A stretch of 64,000 nt of DNA from positions 3,104,001 through 3,168,000 of the forward strand of contig CP086569.2 in assembly GCA_009914755.4 (NCBI GenBank), in the 5' to 3' direction. Origin of the DNA: the human T2T-CHM13v2.0 reference genome, Homo sapiens. Of the stretch, positions 32,990 through 44,494 are shown piece after piece. Within the stretch, counting starts at the first letter, position 1. Each line of letters starts with the position of its first letter. Both the position numbers and the translations under genes were made by a program. A model generated the notes under the pieces. The model did not search any database and had not been told where the DNA came from. It saw only the letters and a list, made by a program, of their open reading frames with translations.

Positions 32990-33300
32990 ATATAGATATG
33001 CTTAATATACATAATATATTTATGTATATTTCAGGGATTTGATATATATTATATATATTAGTATATCATATATGTGATATATTAAATATAAATATATATT
33101 CAAATCCCTGATATATATTTAATATATATCATTTTGTAGATATACATATATACATGTGGATATATATTATATATAAATATATACCTATATGCATATATAA
33201 ATATATGCCTATAAACATATATATAGTACATATAAATATATACCTATAAACATATATAATATATAAATATATACATATATACATACATAAATATATTTAA
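32990..33300. repeat. AT-rich simple-repeat block (TA/TATA-rich) containing a long palindrome
   Basis: The block is full of atatatat and tatacatatatac runs. The palindrome arms are cagggatttgatatatatt (33032-33050) and aatatatattcaaatccctg (33092-33110), exact reverse complements apart from one mismatch, separated by a 41-nt AT-rich spacer. Confidence 0.85.
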
Positions 33301-35429
33301 CCACATTAAACCAGTGACATTTGAGCAACTAACTGACTTTATCATATTTCTCAGCTTTCTGTAAATATTCAAAAGTATTATAAACATAGTTATCAAGCTT
33401 CTTGTTTCTTATAAGTGGTTAATCAAGAGTATCCAATACAAATATTTTGTATGTCTCTATTACCAATTTATGCTGTGGACTATCAGTGCTTTCTCTACTA
33501 CTGGAAATAGAGTCACTGGAATATCTAAGTTATATCAGATTAGGAAGCCAATTCCAGAAACTCTAGATCAACACAGAAACGCATGTTTAGAATTTTTTTT
33601 TCCTCTAGAATACTCCCAGTACCAAAATCTGCATTTTTCAGGGTTTTTCAGAAAAATTGAATCAGTAGCATAGCTAGCTAGATAGATAAGTAAATTAGAT
33701 TTGTTGTAAGACATTGTTTCACATAATTATGGAGGATGAAAATTCTCATGCTATGTCATCTGCAAGCCAGAGACTCAAGAGAAGCCTGTAGTTTAGTTAA
33801 AAGGCCTTAGAGTTTAAGAGCTGATGGTTTAGGTCTTAGTCTAAAGTGTGAAGGCTTAAGAACCAGTAGTTCCCAGGACAGAAGAAGATTGTCATTCCAG
33901 CTCAAGCATTGTGGCAGAAGAAGGAAGGATCCAACCTTCTTTCACTTTTGCCTTTTTGTTTTATTCAGACTCTCAAAGGATTGGATGATGCCCACATGCA
34001 ATGGGGAAAGCCATCTGCTTGACTCAGTTAACCAATTAAAATGCTTACCTCTTCCAGAAGCACCCTCACAGACACATCCAGAAGTAATGTTTAATCAGAT
34101 GTCTACATCCTAAGGCCATGTCAAGTTGACATAATATCATGCATCACACCCAATGTCTTATAGTAATATACATTTGTTCAGAAGTGTAATACAAATTTAG
34201 TCACAATAAAAATGTTAGCCTTAATAGCCCCAGTGTGAAAAAATATTATTTAATAATTCAAGAGTTTCTTTAATTTTAAATATGTAAAATTATTTTTTAA
34301 AAAATAAATTATTAAAACTAAGATTTATACCATAGTTAGTATCTGAGAGGCACTGGGTTAACAAACCTTTGGTGCCGATGCTCATTTAATCTTCATGGCA
34401 ATCCTGCAATGTTATTCTTATTCTTATTTGACTCCAATTTTATAGATGATGAATACTTAAGTACAGATAATTTAAGTAATTTGAATGAAGGATCAGAGCC
34501 AATAAGTCCCTGCTCCTAATTACTTTGCTATGTAACCAGACTCAATGCTTATGACATTTATATTATTACATTCAAGTTAAATAAGGAGTATATTAAACCT
34601 AACCATTCCTAACTGTTTTTTCCCTTCATTTACTCATTTAATTCAATAGAGATGTAGGTATGGAATACATCTCACTTGGAACATGGAGTATGTTTTTGGA
34701 AAATGATAGCACCATTTATTTCTGAAATAATTACATTTAAAACAAAGCTTAGAAAATTGTTTCAGTCATATATTAGACTGTAAACAGATGTGTAACAAGG
34801 ATAATTTACCCTGGTTCATATTCTGCTAAAATTGATAAATATTTGACTTATATCTGGAAATTTAACTCAAGTATTAAATGTAGTTGTTGTACAATTTGTT
34901 TGCACTTTTCAGTAAGACTTAAGGTGAATGCAAATCTTAGCTCTAGGAGTTCTGCCACTTTCTTTTTTCGATGTCTAGACAGAACTCATAATGCCTATTT
35001 AACTATGTTTCATATGTTAGGAAAGGAAAAACAATCTCTCTTTCCCTCTATAGAAGAATGTTATAAGCATTAAGAGATTTTTAAAAAATATATTTGATAT
35101 ATGCAAAGTAGACTTTATGGTAGGCATTCCTGTATTTTCTTTAACATTCCAGTAGAAGAAGCAATCTAAATTGTCAAGATGCTTTATGCTGCTAAATCAA
35201 ATCAAATAAAAATTAATTTCTACTTCCTATTGGATGTAATTTTTGATCAAAAATACTCCTACGTTTTGTAGGGATAGATGATTTGGAAATATAATTTACT
35301 GAGCAATCTAAAATATACTTGAACGCACATCTCTGTGAATTTTTGATAATATAGGCATAATTATAAAAGTGGTATAATATAGTTTCAGGACATTATAACA
35401 AGCTAAGTTTTTTTTTTTTAATAATTTCA

Positions 35430-36525
35430 AACTTTCATTTTAGATTCAGGGGGTACATGTGTAGGTTTATTACCTGGGAATATTACATGATGCTGAGGTT
35501 GGTGGTACAATAGATCCTATCACCCAGGTACTAAGTATAGTACCCAACAGATTGTTTTTCAAAGCTTGCCTCCTTCCTCTCTTCCCACTCTAGTAGTCTG
35601 CAGTGTCTATTGCTGCCACCTTTTTGTGCATGAGTACCCAAAGTTCAGCTCCCTCTTATAAGTGATAATATGCTGTATTTGATTTTCTGTTACTGCATTA
35701 ATTTGCTCAGGATTATGGCCTCCAGCTGCATTCATGTTGCTGCAGCTGATGTGATTTCATTTCTATGGCTGCATAATATTCCATGGTCTAAACATACCAC
35801 ATTAAAAAAAAATTCCAATCCACCATTCATAGATACCTAGTTTGACTCAATGTCTTTGTTACTGTGAATAGTGCTGTGATGAACATAAGAATGCATGTGT
35901 TTTCTTTTTTTGATAGAATGACTTATTTTCTTTTGGATATTTACCCAGTTTTGGGATTGCTCGGTCAAATCATAGTTGTGTTTTATGTTCTTGGGGAAAT
36001 CTGCAAATTGCTTTTCACAGTAGGTGAATTAATTTACATTCCCACCAACAGTATGTAAGCGTTCGCTTTTCTTCACAGCCTCACCAACATCATCAACATC
36101 TGCTGTTTTTTGACTTTTTAATAGTAGCCATTCTGATTTGTGTGAGATGGTATCTCATTGTGGTTTTGGATTACATCTCTCTGATGATTAATGATATTAA
36201 GTATTTTTCATGTTTGTTGGCTACTTGTATGTCTTCTTTTGAGAAGTATCTGTTCATGTCTGTTGCCCATTTTTAATGGAGTTATTTGATTTTGCTCATT
36301 CAACTCTTTAAGTTTTTTATAGATTCTGGATATTAGACCTTTGTTGGATGCACAGTTTTTGAATTTTCTCCCATTCTGTAGGTTGTCTGTTTACTCTGTT
36401 GATAGTTTATTTGTTGTGCAGAAGCTCTTCGGTTTAATTAGGTTCCAACTGTCCATTTTTGTCTTTGTTGCAATTGCTTTGGATACAGCCTAAATGTTTC
36501 TGTTTTTGCATATACCCACAGAATT
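35430..36525 (-). mobile_element. L1 fragment, antisense (ORF2 C-terminal third plus 3' end)
   Basis: It begins ttagattcagggggtacatgtgtaggtttattacctgggaatattacatg, the reverse complement of the L1 3' end. Then ...gtgaatagtgctgtgatgaacataagaatgcatgtg...tacccagttttgggattgctcggtcaaatcatagttgtgtttt...cacagtaggtgaattaatttacattcccaccaacagtatgtaagcg... follows, collinear with the reverse complement of L1 ORF2 for about 1.1 kb. Confidence 0.85.
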
Positions 36526-36617
36526 TGAAACATGTAATTTCTTTCTTTTCCTTTTTTATTGCAAACTAAAAATAATCTGACAGATAAATGATTGTTCAAG
36601 TCCAGATGATTTAAAAA

Positions 36618-36636
36618 AATATATATATATATATAG
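36618..36636. repeat. (AT)n microsatellite
   Basis: The run reads atatatatatatatatata. Confidence 0.8.
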
Positions 36637-37262
36637 CCTTCTTAATTAGCAACAATAATGAAAAAGGGTTAAAATAACACAAAATCTTGTAATTATTTTT
36701 CATTTGGAAATTTCAAACCCCCAAAAGATGAATAAAATTCAGTTAGGGCTCATTACAAGCACAACCCATCCAGTGAGAGAGATTGCAATATTGGTACATT
36801 AACTTTGGTCATTTTTGACTCAGTAAATAATGATCTACTTAGAACTGTTACTAGGTACATCCACAATTTAATAATAATAATAATACACACACATATTTAC
36901 AATAAATATTTATTTTAGCGAAAAAAATTGTGACAAATAAGAGTGAAGAATACAATGAAATTTCTATGAAGTTTTGCTTCAGTTTTTGATTATGCTTTTT
37001 GATCACATGAAAATTGCATTAATATATAAAAAGATAAGCATGAGAATTCATCATTGCTGACAAATATTTCTGATGAAACTAAGTTGATATGCATTTATTC
37101 TTCATAGTTGGTAAAATCTAGGCCTTAATTTACTTTATATCATTTAATAAAGTATTTTTAATTCTAATTGGAGCACTTAAATGATAAAAAGAGATAGATA
37201 TTTGACTTTGCTTTACCCAGAATTCTTTTTAAGGTTTATGATATTTTTTAGAAAAGAAATAT

Positions 37263-37410
37263 AGCTGGGCCCAGTGGCTCATGTCTGTAATCCCAGCAAT
37301 TTGGGAGGCTGAAGCAGGATGATCACTTGCGTCCAGGAGTTTGAGACCAGCCTGGGTAATACAGTGAGACCCCACCTCTAGTATAAATTAAAAAAAAAAT
37401 TTAAAAAGAA
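37263..37410 (+). mobile_element. Free left Alu monomer (FLAM-like) or truncated old Alu with A-rich tail
   Basis: The string gctgggcccagtggctcatgtctgtaatcccagcaatttgggaggctgaagcaggatgatcacttgcgtccaggagtttgagaccagcctgggtaatacagtgagaccccacctctagtataaattaaaaaaaaaa is the Alu left arm followed directly by an A-rich tail. Confidence 0.6.
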
Positions 37411-38198
37411 TAAAAATAAGAATAAATATAATTTAAAATTCCTCCTTTAAATATATATTTTTAATTTTGATTTTTGTGGGTACACAGCTGGTGTATATAT
37501 TTATGGACTATTATTTTGAAAGTCAAATGAAAATTTTATCATTTAAACCTTAAGAAGCTTTAATATAAGTCTCAGATTTGCAAATAGGTACCTGAGAATA
37601 TACACGTGATTTTATTTCTTTTAGAAAATAAAGCAAATAAAACAGAGTAAACACAAAGGAGGATCAACTAGTTGAAAATGTTTATTATACCTTATCCAGA
37701 ACGTCATGCCAGGTACATAAGCTGATATTTTGAATACAGCTAGTATAAACTGACTCAAATGTAATTTTCTTCAAGTCATTCAGTTTAATAAGTTATTATG
37801 ATTTAGATTGGCATTTCACTGTTACCCACTGTATGTAGTTTTCAGAAACCTCCATTAATTAACTTTGGTTACTCTGAAAATTATTAGAAGAGAAACTCAT
37901 GTCTTCTTTGTACATTGTGGGTTACACAGTTCCGTGTCCATTACTTCAACCTTGTCTTTTAACTTATATATCTCCTCAGAATTTATCTGCACTTGTTAAT
38001 TTTTATTTTGGGTTTGTTCTAAAGCTGCTTTCCTCCAATAATCTATCTTTTACTAAATCTACTTCACAGTCATTACATCATATATTCTATTCACACTTAC
38101 ATTTTGTATGGCTTTCCCCTTGCACATAGTATTTTTAATTAAAATTTTCACTTTGGAGTAGTTATAAATTCACATCCAGTTTAAAAGAAATAGTACAA

Positions 38199-39890
38199 CA
38201 CCATTTATTAAATAGGGAGTCCTTTCCCCATTGCTTGTTTTTGTCAGGTTTATCAAAGATTAGATGGTTGTAGATGTATGGTATTATTTCTGAGGCCTCT
38301 GTTCTGGTCCATTGGTCTATATATCTGTTGTGGTACCAGTACCATGCTGTTTTGGTTACTGTAGCCTTGTAGTATAGTTTGAAGTCAGGTAGTATGATGC
38401 TCCCAGCTTTGTTCTTTTTGCTTAGGATTGTCTTGGCTATATGGGCATTTTTTTTGTTCCATGTGAAATTTAAAGTAGTTTTTTTCTAATTCTGTGAAGA
38501 AAGGCAATGGCAGCTTGATGGGGATAGCATTGAATCTATAAATTACTTTGGGCAGTATGGCCATTTTCACGATGTTGCTTCTCCCTGTCCATGAGCATGG
38601 AATGTTGAGAAAATTGGCTAGCCATATGCAGAAAACTGAAACTGGATCCCTTCCTTACACGTTATACAAAATTAACTCAAGCTGGATTAAAGACTTAAAT
38701 GTAAGACCCAAAATCATAAAAACACTGGAAGAAAACCTAGGCAATACCATTCAGGACATAGGCATAGGTAAAGACTTCATGACTAAAACACCAAACGCAA
38801 TGGCAACAGAAGCCAAAATTGACAAATGGGATCTAGTTAAACTAAAGAGATTCTCCACAGCAAAAGAAACTATCATCGGAGTGAACAGGCAACCTACAGA
38901 TGGGGAGAAAAATGTTTGCAATCGATCTATCTGAGAAAGGGCAAATATCCAGAATCTACAAAAAAAACAAATGTACAAGAAAAAAATAAACAACCCCATC
39001 AAAGAGTGGGCGAAGGCTATGAACAGACACTTCTCAAAAGAAGACGTTTATGTGGCCAACAAACATATGAAAAAAAGCTCATCATCACTGGTCATTAGAG
39101 ACATGCAAATCAAAACCACAGTGAGATACTATCTCATGCCAGTTAGAATGGCGATCATTAAAAAGTCAAGAAAAAACTGCATGTGAATTTACAATTACTT
39201 CACAGTGAAAATCTTAACAGAGGAGAGGATGTGGAGAAATAGGAATGCTTTTACACTGCTGGTGGGAGTGTAAATTAGTTCAACCATTGTGAAAGACAGT
39301 GTGGTGATTCCTCAAAGATTTAGAACCAGAAATACAATTTGCCCAGCAATCCCATTACGGGGTATATGCCCAAAGGATTATAAATCATCCTACTATAAAG
39401 GCACATGCACACGTATGTTTATTGCAGCACTGTTCATGATAGCAAAGACTTGGAACCAGCCCAAATGCCCATCAATGCTAGACTAGATAAAGAAAATGTG
39501 GCACATATACACCATGGAATACAATGCAGCCATGAAAAAGGATGAGTTCATGTCCTTTGCAGGGACATGGATGAAGTTGGAAGCCATCATTCTCAGCAAC
39601 CTAACGCAAGAACAGAAAACCAAACACTGCATGTTCTCACTCATAAGTGGGAGCTGAACAATGAGAATGCATGGAAACAGGGAGGAGAACATCACACACT
39701 GGGGCCTGTTGGGGAATGGGTGGCTAGGGGACAGATAGCACTAGGAGAAATACCTAATGTAGATGATGGGTTGATGGGTGCAGCAAACCACCATGACATG
39801 TGCATACCTATGTAACAAACCTGCACATTCTGCACATGCATCCCAGAACTTAAAATATGATAATAATAATACAGAGAGATCTTGTACACT
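38199..39890 (+). mobile_element. 5'-truncated L1 (PA-type) whose 5' segment is inverted (twin-priming structure)
   Basis: 38199-38604 is the reverse complement of L1 ORF2 (its reverse complement reads ...cattccatgctcatggacagggagaagcaacatcgtgaaaatggcc...aaaacaagcaatggggaaaggactccctatttaataaatggtg, L1 coordinates about 4730-5170). 38605-39890 is sense L1 from ttgagaaaattggctagccatatgcagaaaactgaaactggatccc (L1 coordinate about 5175) through the 3'UTR (...catcccagaacttaaaatatgataataataat). The inverted and sense segments are contiguous in L1 coordinates. Confidence 0.85.
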
Positions 39891-40454
39891 TTTCAGCCAG
39901 TTTTCCTCATTTGTAACATTTTACATAGAGTCAAATAACACAACCAGAATATTGACACTGAAATTATTTCTTCATGCTTATAAGTTTACCATTTTAAAAA
40001 TATCATATAATTATGCAGTATATAACCCTGGGGGATTTTATTGTTTAATTCAGCCTAATTCATTTGAAATCCATCAAGTTGTTGCATGCATCAATAGATT
40101 ATTTCTCTGTATTGTTGAGTAATAACCCATGTGCCACAGATTATTTAACCATTTATCCATTGAAAAATATCTGATTTGTTAACTCAGTACTACTAACAGT
40201 AAAGCTGATATAAACATTTTGTACAAGTTTTTGTATAAATATAATTTTCATTTTTTGGATAATATGGAAATTGCATATTTAGTTTATAAGAAACTGTCAA
40301 AATAATTTGCAATGTATGGGTGCCCTTTTATATTACCAAGAAAAATATATGCGTAATCTAGTTCTTTTACATTCTAACCAGTATTGACATTGTCACTTTA
40401 AAAAAACCATAGCAATTTTGATAGGTATTTAGTAATATTCCACGAAACTGAATA

Positions 40455-40760
40455 ATTAATAAAGAACAGATTTATTTCTCACAGCTCTGGAGACTGAAAG
40501 TCCAAGGTCAAGGGGCTCACATCAGGCAAGGACTTTTTTTCTGTGTCATTCCATGGTGGAAGGCAGAATGGCAAGAGAGTGCAGGAGCAAGAGAGAAAGG
40601 GTGTGGAACTTACCACTTGTTCACAAAATCACTCCCCTGATAACTAAGTCACTTGTGAGGGTTCTGCCTAATGACCCCTTGAGCGTCCCACATTTCAATG
40701 CTGTTGCACTGGAGATTAAGCTTCCAATACATAAACTATGGAGGACATATTAAAACCACA
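40455..40760 (-). mobile_element. MST-type MaLR LTR fragment, reverse orientation
   Basis: The string tttatttctcacagctctggagactgaaagtccaaggtcaaggggctcacatcaggcaagg...ccattccatggtggaaggcagaatggcaagagagtgcag is the reverse complement of the MST architecture seen at 531, 24975 and 27391. Confidence 0.5.
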
Positions 40761-43094
40761 GCAATTACTAATATTGAGACATTCTTAGTGTTAACTATTT
40801 TCAAAATGAAAATTGGTTAGAAATTTTTAAATGAAAAATTAAAATGTTTAAGCTTGAATTTGTTTGGATATTATACTTATTTTGATGTGGTTTGAAAATA
40901 TATACGTAGAAAATGCAAACAATTGATCTAGTTTTGAAATAGAACTATTAGGAGCAGACTGTTACTCAGAGAATAGAACCAGAGATCTGTGGGAACTTGA
41001 AAGAGGCAATATTTATTGAGTGCCTACTTCATGTCAATCATTGTTCTATGCACCAGGGTTTATCCAGTGAACCAAACAGACAGAAATACTTACCTTCATG
41101 GAACACCATATTAATGAGTATTGTAAACAAATAATATTTATAAGTAAAATACATATTATATTTAAATCATTGAGTACTAAATGAGAAAAAATAAAGCAAT
41201 GAAGGATAATATAAAATTATTATGTGGATAGTCATCTATGGAAAAAATCTTTTAGGCAGAAAAAATAGCCATTTTAAAGATTCTTAATAGCTAATATGAA
41301 GTTGAATGTAAGTGTCTGGAGTTCCTTGGAAAGCTCATGGCTGGTAATATAAATGTAACAGTCACTAATGTCTGTGTATAGCTACTCTGAAGTCATTTTT
41401 GACTGCCAATCTTGAAGTAATGTAAAGTTGCCAAATAAATTTGGTGATCCTATTGGTTATAACTGATATTTTTAGAAGTTACTTGAATGCTTACTTATGT
41501 ATTTTTGCATCTAATAATGATTGATAAATCCCAGAAATAAAAGGAAGAAAACAAAAAATCTATTCATAATGTCAGATTCTGGCATTCAAAATCCTACTCA
41601 TATGTCAGTTGGAGAACAAAGCTTTCAGCCAACACAGTTTGAACTGGAAGCTACCAGGATTCCTCCAGATCCAGAATGAAGGCACTTCATTTTAAATTCA
41701 TATTTGAAGGGCCCTATTCATTGATGTCATGGCAATAGGTAAAAGTCATATTTTGATTTTGTGATCTGATATATTTGTTTTTCCATTGGCACCTGGCTTC
41801 ACCCTGTGGGAAGTACCTTGTCTTCTATTATCCCCATTTCTCATCTTTGTGGGAGGATATACTCCTCAAGGACTGCACAGACTGATTTGTGTGTTTTACT
41901 GTTACCATCATTTTAGAAAAAAAATTTCTCAAAACCCTAGTAACTTTCTCATCTATTTGAGTCTAAGCAATTCCAAACACCAACAACCACATAGAAAAGT
42001 TTTCCTGGATGTAAATCTCAACTCTGTTGTATTTTGTGGCTTTCTTGCTCCTTTGCATGTCTCAGCTTGATGACTTATAATTTACTGTCATCTGAAGTAA
42101 TAGTTTGGAATAGATAAAGGAAACACCTAAATATGATCTTTATTTGGAAGACTGAGTTCCTTTGTTTAACTAAAAATTCTTAATGAATCTCTGTTGCTCA
42201 AAGTCTTTTTCAGTTTTATCTCCCACTCTCTGGGGTGCAAACATACTCAGATGTTCTAATCCAATAAGGCCTCAAATTCATTCAGTGTTCTCTATTATCT
42301 TTGCTATTTCCACAAGCCAGCCAGGAGTAATATTTCGAGTCCATAGCTAAAGATAATTTATTTCTTTTTATATATAAGTCCAATATATTTGTTTGTAATA
42401 GATGCACAGATATACTGCATACATAAGTTTAAGGATTCATTCTTCTTTCATCTTGTGGCTTCAGCGTGCCTCAGGGCCTTTGAGTCCTCTGTTTAAAGTT
42501 GGCTGACTTGAAAAGACAGGCAAGGTAGAGATGCATTGGCTTTTTAACAGTCTTTGCCTTTAAGAGACACATATCATTTCTGTTTATATTCTATCATAAG
42601 AACTAACTATGTTGCCCTTCATATATCCACAAGCATCTGAGAAATGTAGTTTATGGCTGGGCAGCCACTTCACAATGACAATTTTATAGAAGAACCATGA
42701 ATTTTGATGAAAAGATAGCTGACTTTACAGCATTGTATATCATAAATGTGCACTTTTATTCTTCTCTAGATCATGGCATACAGATTACTTCAGTTCATTA
42801 ACAGAATGTGGACTCTGGGATTTAAAATTATAGAAAATAGGAGTTAGTGAAAATGGTTTTATATGTAACCATAGAGTGAATATCTGATAGACAAGTAGCC
42901 ACTGGTCTGGTCAGAATACACCTCAAATGCCAAGTGCATTCTCTACATGGGATACTATCAAATAGCACTACAAGGTATGCTAACCACAATGCTTCCACCA
43001 GGTCTTATGTATAGTCACCACTTGTGTAGCAAAATTATCCTTGAGTTCAGAGTCAGAATTGATTCAGATATTAAGGAAATTATGAAACTTTAAG

Positions 43095-43300
43095 TTCCAT
43101 ATTAAGAAAATTAAAACATTCTATAATGATTTCATTTAAGGTTACTATGACATAAAAAGTTTCGTAGCTTTTAATTAAGCACACATTTATAATAATAGTT
43201 GTTATTTTAGGTAATATCAGGGTGTTGTAAAAGAATTGCCCACTAACCTCATTTCCAGTTACCACTGACAGATGTGTAAAAACAAGTTGTCTCTCTCTCC
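43095..43300. repeat. Local ~200-bp segmental duplicate, copy 1
   Basis: Copy 1 reads ttctataatgatttcatttaaggttactatgacataaaaagtttcgtagcttttaattaagcacacatttataataatagttgttattttaggtaatatcagggtgttgtaaaagaattgcccactaacctcatttccagttaccactgacagatgtgtaaaaacaagttgtctctctctc. Confidence 0.8.
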
Positions 43301-43572
43301 TGATAGTGTCTGATAGTCTAACTTTCTAAATGTCTAACAACCCTGTCTTTGTCACCTTGATCCTTACACTATGATCTACTCCTTTTATCCCTCAAATTCA
43401 AAAGGTACTCTAATCCTGAAATATCAGGTCAATACCCACTCTCCTTAGAGAACATTCTCTGATTGCTTTTAAGATCTTTCAAGTGAAAAATTGCATATAT
43501 CTTATTTGAAGGTATTTAGAATCTAAAAAAAAAGATATAAATTTTGCCTCATTTTAGTACTTTTACGTGAAA

Positions 43573-43780
43573 AGTCTATGCTTGGGACTTCTATAATGAT
43601 TGGATTTTAGGTTAATATGACTTAAAAAGCATTCATATCTTTTAATTAAGCACACATTCATATTAATAGTTATTATTTTAGGTAATATCAGGGTGTTATA
43701 AAAATTGCCCAGTAGCCTCACTTCCAGTGATCACTGACAGATGTATGAAAACAAGTTGTCTCTCTCTCGATAATCTATTT
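43573..43780. repeat. Local ~200-bp segmental duplicate, copy 2 (about 85% identical to copy 1, 480 bp downstream)
   Basis: Copy 2 reads ttctataatgattggattttaggttaatatgacttaaaaagcattcatatcttttaattaagcacacattcatattaatagttattattttaggtaatatcagggtgttataaaaattgcccagtagcctcacttccagtgatcactgacagatgtatgaaaacaagttgtctctctctc. Confidence 0.8.
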
Positions 43781-44494
43781 TATAATTCAAGTGCTAAAGA
43801 GAATGCTGTGTATTGATTGATAAAATTTAATCGCAGTTATTTTATGAGTTGCTTATTGTTGGAGTTAAGAGGGAGTGAATAAGAACTGCAAATGAAAAAT
43901 GAATTTTATATTTGGGGAAAAGAGAAAATAGTCTCACAGTTATTACTTAATGTTTAATAATATACCAAAAATTGATTACATCAAAAGAGAAAGGAACCTA
44001 TGAGATATGTGACTCAGAATAATTCTTTATAGTCATATGAGAAATTAAGCCTATAAATTAATGTGAAAATATATTTGTTTATATATGTGAACACAAATTG
44101 GTGTCTTAGATCATTTTAATTCAAGCAAAACCATTTCTTTAAAAATAGAGATTCTAGCATCAGTTGAATCCAAAGAATCACATGCAAATTAGTTGCTAAA
44201 GGACTGTATTCCTAAATAAGATCTCTGTACCAACCTATTCCTTCACAATTTCTTTTTAGAGAAAACATAATTACATTGTTTTGCTAACATTTTTTGAGGA
44301 CTGCACCTAGTTCATCGATTGGCAAAATATTTTTCTTTTCTAAAGCTTTATATAACAATAAAACTACTTTAGCATTTATTTGGATATTAGGCTATAGGTG
44401 CTATAATACCAAAAAATAAAAATTCATACACACATACACACTAATGAACCCTTTTACTGAAACCAAAACATCTTTCTGAGAATAAATATAGTGT

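Larger units (their letters stand above)
29497..34149 (-). mobile_element. ERVL (HERV-L-like) provirus remnant on the reverse strand: MLT2 LTR, about 3.6 kb of degraded internal sequence, MLT2 LTR
   Basis: The reverse-complement 3' LTR is 29497-29985 (agtattcatcagtgttcttcagagaaacagaaccaatagagagggatttgttataagg...ggccatgtcaagttgacacataaaattaactatcag). The reverse-complement 5' LTR is 33630-34149 (tgcatttttcagggtttttcagaaaaattgaatcagtagcatagctagctagatagataag...ggccatgtcaagttgacataatatcatgcatcacac). Both match the MLT2 consensus (TGTATTAGTCAGGGTTCTCCAGAGAAACAGAACCAATAGG...CCATGGCCCAGTCAAGTTGACACATAAAATTAACCATCACA). The two LTRs are only about 70% identical to each other. A dUTPase-like remnant on the same strand lies near the 3' end of the internal region, where ERV-L pol carries its dUTPase. 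Confidence 0.5.

Noticed and set aside
29497-34149. Reading the two MLT2 copies as unrelated solo LTRs
   Set aside because: Not fully rejected. They are only about 70% identical and I found no clean TSD. However, the same-strand dUTPase-like remnant positioned just inside the 3' LTR, where ERV-L pol ends, favours a single degraded provirus, so I kept the provirus call at moderate confidence.
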